Shown here: positions 29,892-38,839 of the stretch, in pieces | Numbering within the stretch: position 1 is the first letter of the stretch | How the letters are laid out: each line of letters begins with the position of its first letter | From: an uncultured virus (IMG/VR IMGVR_UViG_3300021405_000011) | Lineage: Duplodnaviria; Heunggongvirae; Uroviricota; Caudoviricetes | Length of the DNA: 64,000 nt | IMG/VR virus record: IMGVR_UViG_3300021405_000011 | Direction: 5' to 3' (one strand) | The notes under the pieces: generated by a model | The model's database searches: none | Seen by the model: only the letters and a program-made list of their open reading frames with translations | Told to the model about the DNA's origin: nothing | Program-made: the position numbers and the translations under genes

Positions 29892-32002
29892 AAAATCTAG
29901 CTATCTTCTTTGCCTTAATTTTTGCCTCATCCGCGCGCGCCCAACTTTGGTCTGGGGTTCTTGCGCCTGCTCGCGCAGGGCAGAACTGGCAGCAAGCCGG
30001 GGCTGATCCAACTTACGTAAATGAAGTTCGAACGCAGTGCGGTACGACTATCGCGGCTTACGGAAGTTCGGGAACTCCCGCTTCAGCCGCCACGATCAAC
30101 ACGGCCATCTCGAATTGCGCTACGGCCCATCCGTTGAGTGGCGTTGGCGGATACGTCCAACTTGGGGCAGGAAATTTTTTCCTGAATACGCAATGGAATC
30201 TCTCAAGCAATGTGACTGTGCGGGGCATGGGCGCAAATCAGACGTTCGTTTTCCTTTACAACACTACTTCTAGTTGTCCATTTTCAGGCGGAGCGGATAT
30301 TTGTATTTCGACTAGTTCTCCTGGTTTTGGCTATGACGGTAACGCTGACACCGATTGCACCAATTGGACCCCTGCCCTGAATGGAGCAGACAACTGCGCT
30401 GGCTGGACCGCTGGCTATTCGCAAGGTACAACTAGCATAACGGTCGGCACCTTTCTTCATGGCGCGATGAGCAACTGGCAAGTCGGAAGTATTATCTTCC
30501 TCGACCAAGTCGACCAATCGAATACATCTCCACCGACTACGGGATTAGCTGTTTGCCGGAACGGAGCTTGTGGCGGCGGGAACGTAAGTGGTCGGCCTAA
30601 TCGCTCTCTTACTGAACCTCAAGTTATCACTTCCATCTCCGGTACTGGTCCGTGGACTATCGGCATCACCCCCGGTATTCGTATGCCAAGCTGGTTTACC
30701 TCCGGGAGTACTCCCCAAATTTGGGGAAATTCCGGTTTAGCTATTCAGCGTATTGGCATTGAGAATATGTCCATTGACAACTCCAATGCCTTAAACGTGT
30801 TTTCGACCGTTCAGTGTATAGATTGTTATAACGTATGGATAAAGGGAGTTCGATTTTCCGATACCCATGGCGATACGGAGACTGGACAAAACGGGTTCTA
30901 TCAGTTTTATCCCATCCAATCCATGCGCGTAACTCTCCGGGATAGTTACTCCTACGGCTCTCCGCCCGTCTCAAACTACTATGTGATGTCCTGCTGGACG
31001 AGCGGCGATGAGCTTTACGAGAATAACATCCGGCAGCACATGGCCTTTGGTTTCATGGCCGAGGGTTGCGTGAACTGGGTGCACGCCTACAACTTTGACA
31101 TCGACGACTACTACACGCATTGCCACGGCTGCTCTCTTGATGCCCAATGGCAGCAGGCAAGCTCCTACCGCCACGGCGGTACGGACGCCTTGGGACTCCA
31201 TGAGGGGGATGTTGGAATAGGAGTGATTGGGGACCAAGTGTTCGGAGCTTCCGACCTTATAACGGACTTCCGTAATCAATACAACGGACGCGACCCCAAT
31301 GGCGGCAGTTCCGGAGGCAAGTCGGAGCAAACGAACGCCGTCTTGCTTTATCCGTTTAACCGTATTTGGAATATTGTTGGTAATGTCCTCGGCACGGGAG
31401 CCTACCACGATACTTATAGCTGTCTAACTCCGAGTGCGGCAGGACATTGTGGAGATAATTCCGCTGAGATTTATTCCTTAGGCTATGTAGACGGCAGTTC
31501 GTGTACCGGGACGTGCCAAGCCGATAGCTATGTTGGAACCGGGATGATGAAATGGGGAAACTACGACACGGTTAGCAACGCGGTTCGTTGGTGCGGGAAC
31601 TCGGGTAATACCGGATGGAGTACAACTTGCGGTAGCGTATCGGAGGTTCCAACGGGACTCTCGGATGGATTCTCCAACACCGTACCGTCCACCCAGACAT
31701 TACCGGCGTCTTTTTACCTCAATTCCCGGCCTTCGTGGTGGGTATTCCCTTCAGGTAATTCTGGTACTCCTTGGCCAGGGATAGGTCCGGATATAACGGG
31801 AGGGAATATTACCGCAGGGACAGGGACAAGTTCGACGCTCGGTGGCCATGCCTATTTGAATCCAGCGGCAAACTGTTATCTCAATGTAATGGGCGGGCCA
31901 ACTAACGGGGCGGCGACACTGGTATCTTTCAATGCAGCTACTTGCTATCCATCCGGTGGTCCTCCAGCGCCAGCGACGGCTCTCTTTGCAAAGGTGCAAT
32001 GA
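29888..32002 (+). CDS. Signal-peptide-bearing Cys-rich right-handed beta-helix (pectin-lyase-like) protein
   Basis: MKNLAIFFALIFASSARA-Q, INTAISNC...V.LGAG.F...VTVRG.G, GIENMSID. Confidence 0.75.
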   Translation: MKNLAIFFALIFASSARAQLWSGVLAPARAGQNWQQAGADPTYVNEVRTQCGTTIAAYGSSGTPASAATINTAISNCATAHPLSGVGGYVQLGAGNFFLNTQWNLSSNVTVRGMGANQTFVFLYNTTSSCPFSGGADICISTSSPGFGYDGNADTDCTNWTPALNGADNCAGWTAGYSQGTTSITVGTFLHGAMSNWQVGSIIFLDQVDQSNTSPPTTGLAVCRNGACGGGNVSGRPNRSLTEPQVITSISGTGPWTIGITPGIRMPSWFTSGSTPQIWGNSGLAIQRIGIENMSIDNSNALNVFSTVQCIDCYNVWIKGVRFSDTHGDTETGQNGFYQFYPIQSMRVTLRDSYSYGSPPVSNYYVMSCWTSGDELYENNIRQHMAFGFMAEGCVNWVHAYNFDIDDYYTHCHGCSLDAQWQQASSYRHGGTDALGLHEGDVGIGVIGDQVFGASDLITDFRNQYNGRDPNGGSSGGKSEQTNAVLLYPFNRIWNIVGNVLGTGAYHDTYSCLTPSAAGHCGDNSAEIYSLGYVDGSSCTGTCQADSYVGTGMMKWGNYDTVSNAVRWCGNSGNTGWSTTCGSVSEVPTGLSDGFSNTVPSTQTLPASFYLNSRPSWWVFPSGNSGTPWPGIGPDITGGNITAGTGTSSTLGGHAYLNPAANCYLNVMGGPTNGAATLVSFNAATCYPSGGPPAPATALFAKVQ

Positions 32003-34686
32003 TGAAACGTTTTACTTTCTTTGGACCAGCGAGCAGACCAATTTCTACGCGACAGCCAAGCAAAGTCTTCAATATCAACGATGGCGTTTTGGCCTTGTGT
32101 GAGAGGAATCAGGCGGTAAGATGGGTCAGATGGCTGAGTAACAGTATGCCTTGGCAAAGGCGGTCTGGCCATGTTCGCACCTCAAATGCGAATTTGGTAC
32201 TCAGCCATTTTATCATAACTGCCGTCCTTCTCTTCTCTCCCAGTGTAATATTCTCTCAGGGAACATTCACCAGAGACGGGCTAACGGCACCCAACGCACA
32301 TCCACGTTTATTTTTAACTCCCTCTAGAGTCACAACGATGCAGGCTTGGGTCACAAGTACCAGTTATCCTGGACTCACAACCAGTCCGCGTCCACTCGAC
32401 GATTACGACCTCGCATTCACCTGCTTTATTATGAATGTCTCCGCTGCCTGCACCCAAGTCATCACCGACGCCATCGCTATAAGTGGAGCGTCCTGTTCCA
32501 CGAGTGCCGGTTGTGACCCGATGAGGGGTAGCGGCGAGGAAGCGATGATTGTCCGGGACTGGCTCTACCCCGGCTGCGGCAAAGCCTCCTGCCTCACCAG
32601 CGGACAGGTGACGACTTTCGATTCCAATTGGAGCACGTGGCAGACGAATCAGGACGCAACCGCCCAGACGTGGGGCAACGTAGGAATGCCGGTCAGCAAT
32701 TATTTTTGCGGGCAGTTCAGGAATGACTTTGACTTCGGGATAGCCAGCTACATCGACAACGCGAATGCTCCGGCTAACTTGGACTATGGCGCGGTGAACC
32801 GCTGGAACGACCTGCTTAACTTTGTCTCTCTCACAGGTACGGGGAAGAATGGGAAATTAGGATACGGTCTCTATAACCAAGAGGGAGGCGGTGAGTACGG
32901 ACGCTACTGCCTCAACTACTATGCGTTCTCCCTGGCGTCCTCAGCTTTACTTGGGCGAGACATGTGGCAGGAATCCACAGCTTTCAAATCCGGCGTGTTG
33001 CAGACCATCTACAACACGATGCTTACTACCACGACCGGGCGCGGACTGTGGGATTTGTTCACATGGGCGGATGACGAGACTTGGGTAGCGGCGAATAGTT
33101 GCGGATTCATCAGCCACAACTCGACCGGGAACACGAATACGACCGGGGGCTGCATGGCCGAGTCTCAATTCTACGGAGATTTCATGCAAGCGGCGGCCAC
33201 CGAATACAGCGCGACAAACATAGGCAAGTACGCTCGCCAGTGGCTTACTACCGTCAAACCAGCCATTGGACCCATATTCAAATCAGTGGATACTGGCGGT
33301 TCAACACTGGCTTTCTCCAATCTTCCTCTCGATTACTACTCCTCTGGTGCTCAGTATATGTATCTCCACGACACGTGGGCTTCGACTGGTACCGCAGTAC
33401 TCTGGCAGATGGGAACCAATCAAGGAGGAAACACATCGCCCACCTTGGCCATCGGCACAGGCCACTGGCACATTGACACAGGAACCTTCCAAGCCTCGCG
33501 CAAAGGCGTCAATATTATCAGGGAGACGATGGGATACTCCGACACCGTGGCAGGCTATAACGGTGTCGGCACAATCGCTTCGGGAGACGGCATTGCGCAC
33601 AACGTCCCCCTCGTTGGCGGGAAAGCGGAAGTCATCTTCCAAGAAATATCGGATGGGCCTGGAATCGTGAAGCGGTTGGAGACGCAACCTAACTATGGAT
33701 TCGCCGCAGTGGACCTGACACTTACCTATCAGAATAACGTTGTAGACTCGGGAAATCCATCCAGGGAGAATCAGCATGCGGTATCAGTAGTAAGGGAATT
33801 CTACTATTTTCGCGGTATCAATACATTAGTTATTCTTGACCGCTTCCAGAATGACCTCTCGACTACCAGCACGACGTTTGTGAGTCACTGCGAGACGAGT
33901 CCAACAGTGGTGTCAGCGACAGTAAAATGTGTCGATGGGACACAGGAAGCGTTCTATACCGCACTAGTTCCAGCAGCTCCCACTATCGCCATCGTCAACG
34001 AGAGTTCCAATTCCGCAACCTCAGCCGCTTGGCAATATAGAATCGAGAGCAACAACAGCAATCCCGGTAATGTAGTTAACTATCAAATCAACACGATTCA
34101 GTTAGGAGATTCGGGATTCAGCCCGCTTACACCAGGTGTCGTGGACAGTTCACCGGGAACTCCCTCAACGGGAACTTTCACAATCACTCTCGACACCAAC
34201 GACAGTATCGTGGTGAATAAGGGTATCGCGTCCGTTGGCGGGACTATTAAGGCTAACAATGTCTCGAACTCATTGGCTACGACAGTTGAGAATATGACGA
34301 TTACCGATAGCGGTCCGGTGTGGGGGACAGTTGTCCCTCCTCCAGCGCCGTCTAAAACTGTCATTTTTACCTCTTATCCTCTACCAGCATCAGGAGTAGT
34401 ACCGGTTATCACCAATATCATACCCACAGGTAGTTATGTCACCTCAAATGGGTGTAGCCAAGATGGGATTAATTGGAATCTATTATGTCCCGTAAGGTTG
34501 TTATGTACGGGATGTGGTATCACTAGTATCGTCACTTTTGACGGTAATGTGGTCCCGTCCACTTTCCAAATGGGAGAGATGGATATCAATATTCCACTCA
34601 GGATGCTCCCTACCCAATCCACAATTAAGACTCTCCATACGTTTAGTGTCACGAATCCCATTACCACGGTACCCGTCATAAACTGA
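31999..34686 (+). CDS. Heparinase II/III-like polysaccharide lyase-fold protein
   Basis: HPRLFLT, EG..YGRY, H.H.D.G.F and HN motifs in the order of Hepar_II_III-type lyases. ATGA coupling at 31999. N-terminus interrupted by an insert. Confidence 0.65.
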   Translation: MMKRFTFFGPASRPISTRQPSKVFNINDGVLALCERNQAVRWVRWLSNSMPWQRRSGHVRTSNANLVLSHFIITAVLLFSPSVIFSQGTFTRDGLTAPNAHPRLFLTPSRVTTMQAWVTSTSYPGLTTSPRPLDDYDLAFTCFIMNVSAACTQVITDAIAISGASCSTSAGCDPMRGSGEEAMIVRDWLYPGCGKASCLTSGQVTTFDSNWSTWQTNQDATAQTWGNVGMPVSNYFCGQFRNDFDFGIASYIDNANAPANLDYGAVNRWNDLLNFVSLTGTGKNGKLGYGLYNQEGGGEYGRYCLNYYAFSLASSALLGRDMWQESTAFKSGVLQTIYNTMLTTTTGRGLWDLFTWADDETWVAANSCGFISHNSTGNTNTTGGCMAESQFYGDFMQAAATEYSATNIGKYARQWLTTVKPAIGPIFKSVDTGGSTLAFSNLPLDYYSSGAQYMYLHDTWASTGTAVLWQMGTNQGGNTSPTLAIGTGHWHIDTGTFQASRKGVNIIRETMGYSDTVAGYNGVGTIASGDGIAHNVPLVGGKAEVIFQEISDGPGIVKRLETQPNYGFAAVDLTLTYQNNVVDSGNPSRENQHAVSVVREFYYFRGINTLVILDRFQNDLSTTSTTFVSHCETSPTVVSATVKCVDGTQEAFYTALVPAAPTIAIVNESSNSATSAAWQYRIESNNSNPGNVVNYQINTIQLGDSGFSPLTPGVVDSSPGTPSTGTFTITLDTNDSIVVNKGIASVGGTIKANNVSNSLATTVENMTITDSGPVWGTVVPPPAPSKTVIFTSYPLPASGVVPVITNIIPTGSYVTSNGCSQDGINWNLLCPVRLLCTGCGITSIVTFDGNVVPSTFQMGEMDINIPLRMLPTQSTIKTLHTFSVTNPITTVPVIN
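32010..32207 (-). pseudogene. N-terminal fragment of HNH-AP2-type homing endonuclease
   Basis: RLIPLTQGQNAIVDIEDFAWLSRRNW matches the typical N-terminus of phage HNH-AP2 proteins. GAGGTG RBS lies in a hairpin. No HNH motif follows. Confidence 0.65.
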
Positions 34687-34703
34687 TGATAAAATAGGGG
34701 TAT

Positions 34704-35249
34704 ATGACTCCTGAACACAATGTCCGCACTGAGGTTCTCGCGGAGAGACTAGCTCGTGTGCAGGACCAAGTGGGTAGCAATAAGATTATTATGGACGAAC
34801 GGGATAGGTTATATGACACCCGTTTTAGGGCTGCTGAGATTGCTGTATCGGCTGCCTTGGCGGCTCAGGAGAAATCCACAGCCACCGCATTCTTGGCTAG
34901 TGAGAAAGCCGTGTTGAAGGCCGAGGATGCCCAGAAGGATTACAATCAGAGGTCGAATGAGTTTAGGGGACAGTTGGACGACCAAGCGAAAACGTTGATG
35001 CCCCGTCTCGAAGCCCAAGCGGCATTCAAGTCCATGGAGGAGAAACTGGAGGGATTAAAGATTACAGCCCAGACAGATATCGAAAGGTTGCGGGTGGATA
35101 TACAGAGTCTTAGGGAGTCTAGGAGTGAGGGGGCGGGGAAAGGGACTGGTACGACGGCTACTTGGGCTATTATAGCCACACTTTTTTTGGCGTTGATGTC
35201 CGTGGCTGGGTTAGTCATAACAGTATGGAAACTTAGTTCACTTAAGTAA
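34704..35249 (+). CDS. Coiled-coil protein with C-terminal TM helix (lysis-associated?)
   Basis: Heptad pattern, terminal hydrophobic helix, start of lysis region. Confidence 0.65.
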   Translation: MTPEHNVRTEVLAERLARVQDQVGSNKIIMDERDRLYDTRFRAAEIAVSAALAAQEKSTATAFLASEKAVLKAEDAQKDYNQRSNEFRGQLDDQAKTLMPRLEAQAAFKSMEEKLEGLKITAQTDIERLRVDIQSLRESRSEGAGKGTGTTATWAIIATLFLALMSVAGLVITVWKLSSLK

Positions 35250-35259
35250 AGGAGAGGTT

Positions 35260-35424
35260 ATGAATCAGCATAACGGGGCACCAATTCACCTAATCCTATT
35301 CGTCATCGCGTGCGTCTTCCTAGCCCTAGCCGCGTTCCCGGTCAACTATCCCACTTACGATACCTATCGTGTCAGATTTGGATGGTTTGGGATGTTCCTG
35401 TGGGCCATATCCACGTTCTTCTAA
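35260..35424 (+). CDS. Small two-TM membrane protein (54 aa, not in ORF track)
   Basis: AAGGAGAGG RBS. MNQHNGAPIHLILFVIACVFLALAAF...FGWFGMFLWAISTFF. Confidence 0.6.
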   Translation: MNQHNGAPIHLILFVIACVFLALAAFPVNYPTYDTYRVRFGWFGMFLWAISTFF

Positions 35425-35434
35425 GGAGTCTTAA

Positions 35435-35596
35435 ATGTTACTTCTAATCGTCATATTGATATTAATCTTCGGCGTCGGTGGGGGATGGTACGACAGTTCT
35501 TATGGCGGGGGGAATTGGGGACGTGGGGGAGGGATAGGGTTAGGGACCGTTCTCATTATTTGTCTGATTCTTTATTTACTTGGCGTCCTTAGATGA
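35435..35596 (+). CDS. DUF3309-like small membrane protein (53 aa, not in ORF track)
   Basis: AAGGAG RBS. MLLLIVILILIFG...GGGIGLGTVLIICLILYLLG. Confidence 0.65.
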   Translation: MLLLIVILILIFGVGGGWYDSSYGGGNWGRGGGIGLGTVLIICLILYLLGVLR

Positions 35597-35793
35597 TACA
35601 CTCTCCCGATGAAATGCGACGAGTGTCAGCGTGAAATACCAAAGGATGACGAGAATCATGTCATATTGGGGGGAATACAGGTATTCGTCCCCTTCTGCTA
35701 CGAGTGTATAAAGAAAATGTGGAAGGAGTTTGACGAGTTTCCGGAACCGGATGGGATAGCAAAGAAGAGAAGGTATAGGAGAGGGAGACTGTT

Positions 35794-36120
35794 GTGACGA
35801 GCGTATGGACATGGATTATGGCACATCAACTATTTGCGGGCGCTGTGACTGCGCTCATCTACGCCCATATTGTCACCGCTCTCCCCACGCCGGATATTCA
35901 TAGCGGTAAAGTATACAACTTTATATTCACCCTCCTGACTAGTTTCGTCAGTATTGCTAGGGCTTTTAGTTCCAATTTGCCAATCGCGGCGGCTCAGGCG
36001 CAGGGATTAGCGGCGGCTAGAGCTGCTGACCCCATAACCGTAGGCGAGACAGTGACAGTAACGGCAGCCCCTCCAGACCCATTGAAGGTCGCGCCGATAT
36101 CGACAGTGGAGAGCAAGTAG
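35794..36120 (+). CDS. Putative holin-like membrane protein
   Basis: Two hydrophobic segments, upstream of endolysin. Confidence 0.45.
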   Translation: MTSVWTWIMAHQLFAGAVTALIYAHIVTALPTPDIHSGKVYNFIFTLLTSFVSIARAFSSNLPIAAAQAQGLAAARAADPITVGETVTVTAAPPDPLKVAPISTVESK

Positions 36121-36340
36121 GATGACGTGGAGTTTACTGGAACTTGTTGCAGGCCGGGTTGTAAGCACCCTAGATACCATCCTTGGTACCTCTGTAGGAA
36201 CTGTATATTATTCTGGGTGGCCACAGAGATGGCCAGAGATGACGAGATACATCACAGGTTCGGGAATATCATTGTTCCCGTGTTGCCGCAGGTTGAGGAA
36301 AAGCGAGTAAAGGTTAGGGTGGTGAGGAAGGGGAAGTAAA

Positions 36341-36814
36341 GTGGACCCGGTCTCGGAAGCGCGTTTGGCCCTTGTACACCCCGAACTCTCCCATCGTGTG
36401 CATGAGTTGGATGCCCTACTTACCCCAGATGGCGTGTCCATTCATATTATTCAAGGTTTACGGACTTACGCTCAACAAGATGCTCTCTATGCTCAAGGAC
36501 GCACGGCTCCAGGAAGAATCGTGACGGATGCTAAGGGAGGATACTCTAGTCATTGCATGGGATACTCCTGCGATATCGACCCATTCAAATTAGGAGTACC
36601 GGACTGGGACGCCAGTGACCCGGCGTGGGTAGATATGTTGGCCACAGCACTAAAGTGCGGGTTGGCTGAAGGGGCTCTGTGGAAAGAATTCCCAGACCGT
36701 CCGCATTTTTATTTATCGGAGTTACCAGCCACTCCCACGGACGCCATGAGAGCTGCTTTTGCCCAAGGTGGTCTATCTGCCGTCTGGGCGACGTTCAACA
36801 TATCCCTCACATGA
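36341..36814 (+). CDS. Endolysin, M15 family (L-Ala-D-Glu peptidase type)
   Basis: GLRT..QQ..LYAQGRT.PG.IVT.A.GG.S.H..G...D and D.PH motifs. Confidence 0.9.
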   Translation: MDPVSEARLALVHPELSHRVHELDALLTPDGVSIHIIQGLRTYAQQDALYAQGRTAPGRIVTDAKGGYSSHCMGYSCDIDPFKLGVPDWDASDPAWVDMLATALKCGLAEGALWKEFPDRPHFYLSELPATPTDAMRAAFAQGGLSAVWATFNISLT

Positions 36815-37584
36815 TATCCACTGATATTATCTATGCCAAGTTGGTCCTTGTGGCCTCACAGTTGGGGACTGGAAATTATTCCCAAAACGAGTTCGACCAG
36901 ATAACCACACTTGGATATTCATTCCTCAATGAGATTAAGGGTAATGATTTACCTGGAGATTCCGTAAGTTTCGGTTATGCAGCTATCTCTCCCAGTGGGG
37001 AGCTAATTGTAGCCATTCGTGGGACACACGCGACGGATATATTGGAGTGGCTAGATGATGCCCTCGCTGTCCAGATTCCAACCAGATTGGGCTGGCTGCA
37101 CTCAGGATTTTTCGCAGTCTTCAATTCACTGAGGTTGGTACAACAGCCAGAAGCTAAGGAAGTGACGGTAACGGAATATGTACACTCTTTGGTATCGACT
37201 GGACAGGTTAAATCGGTGACTATTTGCGGCCATTCACTCGGTGGGGCTGTGGCGACCATCCTCTCACTAGACCTCAAGGACCTCCTCCCACGAGTTCGTA
37301 CCTTCGCCAGTCCCCGTGTGGGTAGCAAGGGATTCGCAGATGAGTTTGATAAGGTTATCGTGGACTCCACTCGCTATGAACACCATGCGGATATTGTTCC
37401 TGCGTTGCCAATGTTCCCTTTTTGGCACGTCGGGCAGAAAGTGAAACTGAGAGGGGATGTTAATCTGAGTGTGGCCACTAACCATGAACTCTCTACATAT
37501 ATAGACTTACTGGAGAAATCTTTCACAACCAAAGTTGGAATCGGGTCTATAATGAACGTGTCCACTAAAAAGGAGTCCACATGA
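36811..37584 (+). CDS. Class 3 lipase (alpha/beta hydrolase)
   Basis: IVAIRGT, W..D, H.GF, GHSLGG, TFASPRVG, DIVP.LP and terminal H. ATGA-coupled to the endolysin at 36811. Confidence 0.9.
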   Translation: MISTDIIYAKLVLVASQLGTGNYSQNEFDQITTLGYSFLNEIKGNDLPGDSVSFGYAAISPSGELIVAIRGTHATDILEWLDDALAVQIPTRLGWLHSGFFAVFNSLRLVQQPEAKEVTVTEYVHSLVSTGQVKSVTICGHSLGGAVATILSLDLKDLLPRVRTFASPRVGSKGFADEFDKVIVDSTRYEHHADIVPALPMFPFWHVGQKVKLRGDVNLSVATNHELSTYIDLLEKSFTTKVGIGSIMNVSTKKEST

Positions 37585-38207
37585 TACGTATCCTGTCCAA
37601 AATGTCTCTTTCCGCGTTACTGGTGGTATCTCTCACCCTCCAAGCGTGCAGTACTACCTGGATTAGTAAACTCGACACGATTATTGCGGTCGCTGCCCCT
37701 TCCCTATTGAATGTCCTGAATATCGTGGCCATTGCCGAGGGGAAGCCCGTAGACGCGGCCCTGGAGGCCAAGATTACGGCTGATGCGGCTAATTTGAAGG
37801 TCGTCGCGGCTCAACTTGCGGCTGCCTCGGCTGCTGCTGCTCCCACCGCCTGTGCCCAGACCCAAGCGGCGGTACAGGTTATTAATGACGACGCTCAGTT
37901 AATCCTACAGATAGTTCAGGTGTCCTCGGCCTCGTCCACCACCAACGCTCTCGTCGTCTTCCAAGCTGCTGATGCCATCATCATCACTATTACTGCACTC
38001 ATCCCCTCTTGTGCTACTCCAGTGGCTACGAGAGAGTTGGCCAGAGCTAGGTTGACTACTCTCGATACCAATAAGCTCATTTCTGATTACAACTTCGTCC
38101 TTACTCGTCCTACTGGGTATCCGAATGTGGATAACTTTAATAGGACTCACCAATTGCACGCCCACAACAAATTCGTCCGTGTCATTACTCTCGGCCATGC
38201 CAAGTAG
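37581..38207 (+). CDS. Lipoprotein
   Basis: Signal peptide with lipobox LQAC and Ala-rich helices. Confidence 0.7.
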   Translation: MIRILSKMSLSALLVVSLTLQACSTTWISKLDTIIAVAAPSLLNVLNIVAIAEGKPVDAALEAKITADAANLKVVAAQLAAASAAAAPTACAQTQAAVQVINDDAQLILQIVQVSSASSTTNALVVFQAADAIIITITALIPSCATPVATRELARARLTTLDTNKLISDYNFVLTRPTGYPNVDNFNRTHQLHAHNKFVRVITLGHAK

Positions 38208-38423
38208 TCCCTTATGGAAGACAATGAACGGAATGAACTGGCGATTATCGCGGGTAAACTCGAACTCATCCATCAGGAGTTTGAGACGTTGAACACGTGG
38301 CTTCACCTTATCTCGGATTCCTTGGTTAAACTCACGACCATACACATGCTGAAAAGTATGGAATGGAGATTCGGAACGGTAGTAGAATCGAATCGCAAGT
38401 AGACTAAATATAGGAGAAATATT

Positions 38424-38828
38424 ATGCCACTCAAGTTGAGCCCCACGAATTCAGACACGTTTTTCATCATAGGTAAAGACGATAGCGGGAATCCCGGAGT
38501 CGCCCTACTCCCCGGTCAATCGGTCTCCGTCACTTCCGCCGACCCGTCAACAGTAGTCATCACCATGGATAGTCCCGCCAAGCCTACCCTTGGAGCCGCT
38601 GGGGTTCCTGACGGCACCCTTACCCTCGCATCGGGCACGGTAAAGGCTGCCTCACCAGTCGCTCAGATGAACGTGGCTATCAACGTGACAGCCCACATCG
38701 CCAACGCCGATGGGAATCCCGTACTCGACGACAGCGGCGTAGCCATCCCGGACCAGGTGGATACGGTTACTATCCAGGCTAATTTGCTGAAGTCTATTGG
38801 GGAGTTGTTCGGGACGGCGACGGCGTAA
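38424..38828 (+). CDS. Small beta-rich (Ig-like) protein
   Basis: AGGAG RBS, SADPSTV.I motif. Confidence 0.55.
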   Translation: MPLKLSPTNSDTFFIIGKDDSGNPGVALLPGQSVSVTSADPSTVVITMDSPAKPTLGAAGVPDGTLTLASGTVKAASPVAQMNVAINVTAHIANADGNPVLDDSGVAIPDQVDTVTIQANLLKSIGELFGTATA

Positions 38829-38839
38829 CTGGAGGTCCC

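Noticed and set aside
19274..34686. Diversity-generating retroelement or invertase shufflon acting on tail genes
   Set aside because: No reverse transcriptase, recombinase or template/variable repeat pair was seen in the window.
19316..35218. Many antisense and alternate-frame ORFs within tail genes
   Set aside because: Shadow frames of G/T/A-rich coding sequence with no RBS or motifs, except the HNH fragment.
36679..36810. N-terminal extension of the lipase ORF
   Set aside because: It overlaps the endolysin by over 130 nt. The ATGA-coupled start at 36811 is more plausible.
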